A DNA stretch of 60,168 bases, the filler included, from Chloroflexota bacterium (GTDB lineage Bacteria; Chloroflexota; Chloroflexia; QHBQ01), in the NCBI GenBank assembly GCA_043754535.1. It is 3 parts of 3 records of this genome, joined end to end, with 100 filler letters (N's around TTAATTAATTAA, not from the genome) between each part and the next. Parts side by side here need not be neighbours in the genome. Positions count along the whole stretch, not along the records: positions 34,784 to 60,168 come from JAYUUN010000118.1; 2 more parts are not named here. One strand, given 5' to 3'. Positions 59,917 to 60,168 of the stretch are shown here, in pieces. The notes beneath the pieces are model-generated. The model was not told where the DNA came from, did not search any database, and saw nothing but the letters and a program-made list of their open reading frames with translations. Within the stretch, counting starts at the first letter, position 1. Every line of letters begins with the position of its first letter. Both the position numbers and the translations under genes were made by a program.

Positions 59917-60168
59917 TTACCCCTCCTGGTCGCGCCCAGGTTTCGGCTGGCGCGTTGTTGTTGCCTGCTGGCACGGCTTCGTTGCTCGGACGGATTAGCT
60001 GCTGCTCCATGCCAGGGGTTGCGCCCTCCGAAGCCGCCGCCTCGTTGCGAATCACGGGCAGCCAGACCCGAAAGACACTACCCTCCCCCATCCTGCTGTA
60101 GGCTGCTACCCCACCGCCGTGCGCCACTGCCAAGCTGCGGACGATGGGCAGGCCCAGGCCAGTCCCCC
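59900..60168 (-). CDS. Sensor histidine kinase, C-terminal end (partial)
   Basis: GTGLGLPIVRSLAVAHGG...GEGSVF.VWLP (HATPase G2 box). Confidence 0.9.
   Translation of the reverse strand, partial: GTGLGLPIVRSLAVAHGGGVAAYSRMGEGSVFRVWLPVIRNEAAASEGATPGMEQQLIRPSNEAVPAGNNNAPAETWARPGGVSGNEQ

Overview
GC-rich bacterial sequence, most likely a Chloroflexota genome or MAG. The taxonomy is inferred from the FPQTG/YWxxxGGLxxFGYP repeats and the SLH proteins. The window is three contigs joined by artificial N-TTAATTAATTAA-N spacers (26211-26310 and 34684-34783), so linkage across the spacers means nothing. Contig 1 carries the 5' part of ligA, PlsC, DinB, a PQQ sugar dehydrogenase, an LLM-F420 oxidoreductase, an adenylate cyclase-AAA-TPR gene, a secreted beta-propeller, a TatA/B-like gene, an amidase, a LacI-controlled sugar ABC/amylo-1,6-glucosidase operon divergent from treS, and a membrane sulfite-oxidase-family gene and a DUF4397 gene that share an ECF-type promoter. 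Contig 2 is a decayed accessory region with DsbA, SufU and TPR remnants around an SDR-hydrolase-GMC-GH1 operon that is bracketed by a diverged direct repeat. Contig 3 begins with a truncated lon joined to foreign-looking DNA, then ArsR/SRPBCC, IMPase, hbd, CAP-SLH, methylmalonyl-CoA mutase, BCCP, nitrilase, SLT-TPR, rsfS, T-box-pheST, HIT, an acyl-CoA carboxylase beta subunit, PaaI and a two-component pair. The best candidate for an undescribed system is 5239-9896. There the cyclase-AAA-TPR gene converges on an unannotated 42-aa peptide (GG-ending leader plus two (D/N)R(S/G)G(S/G)W repeats) and a secreted propeller ending in two MDRSGSWSVS copies. The TPR tail and propeller tail have lower GC than the rest of their genes, as expected for a swappable peptide-receptor specificity module. 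The functional reading is inference.
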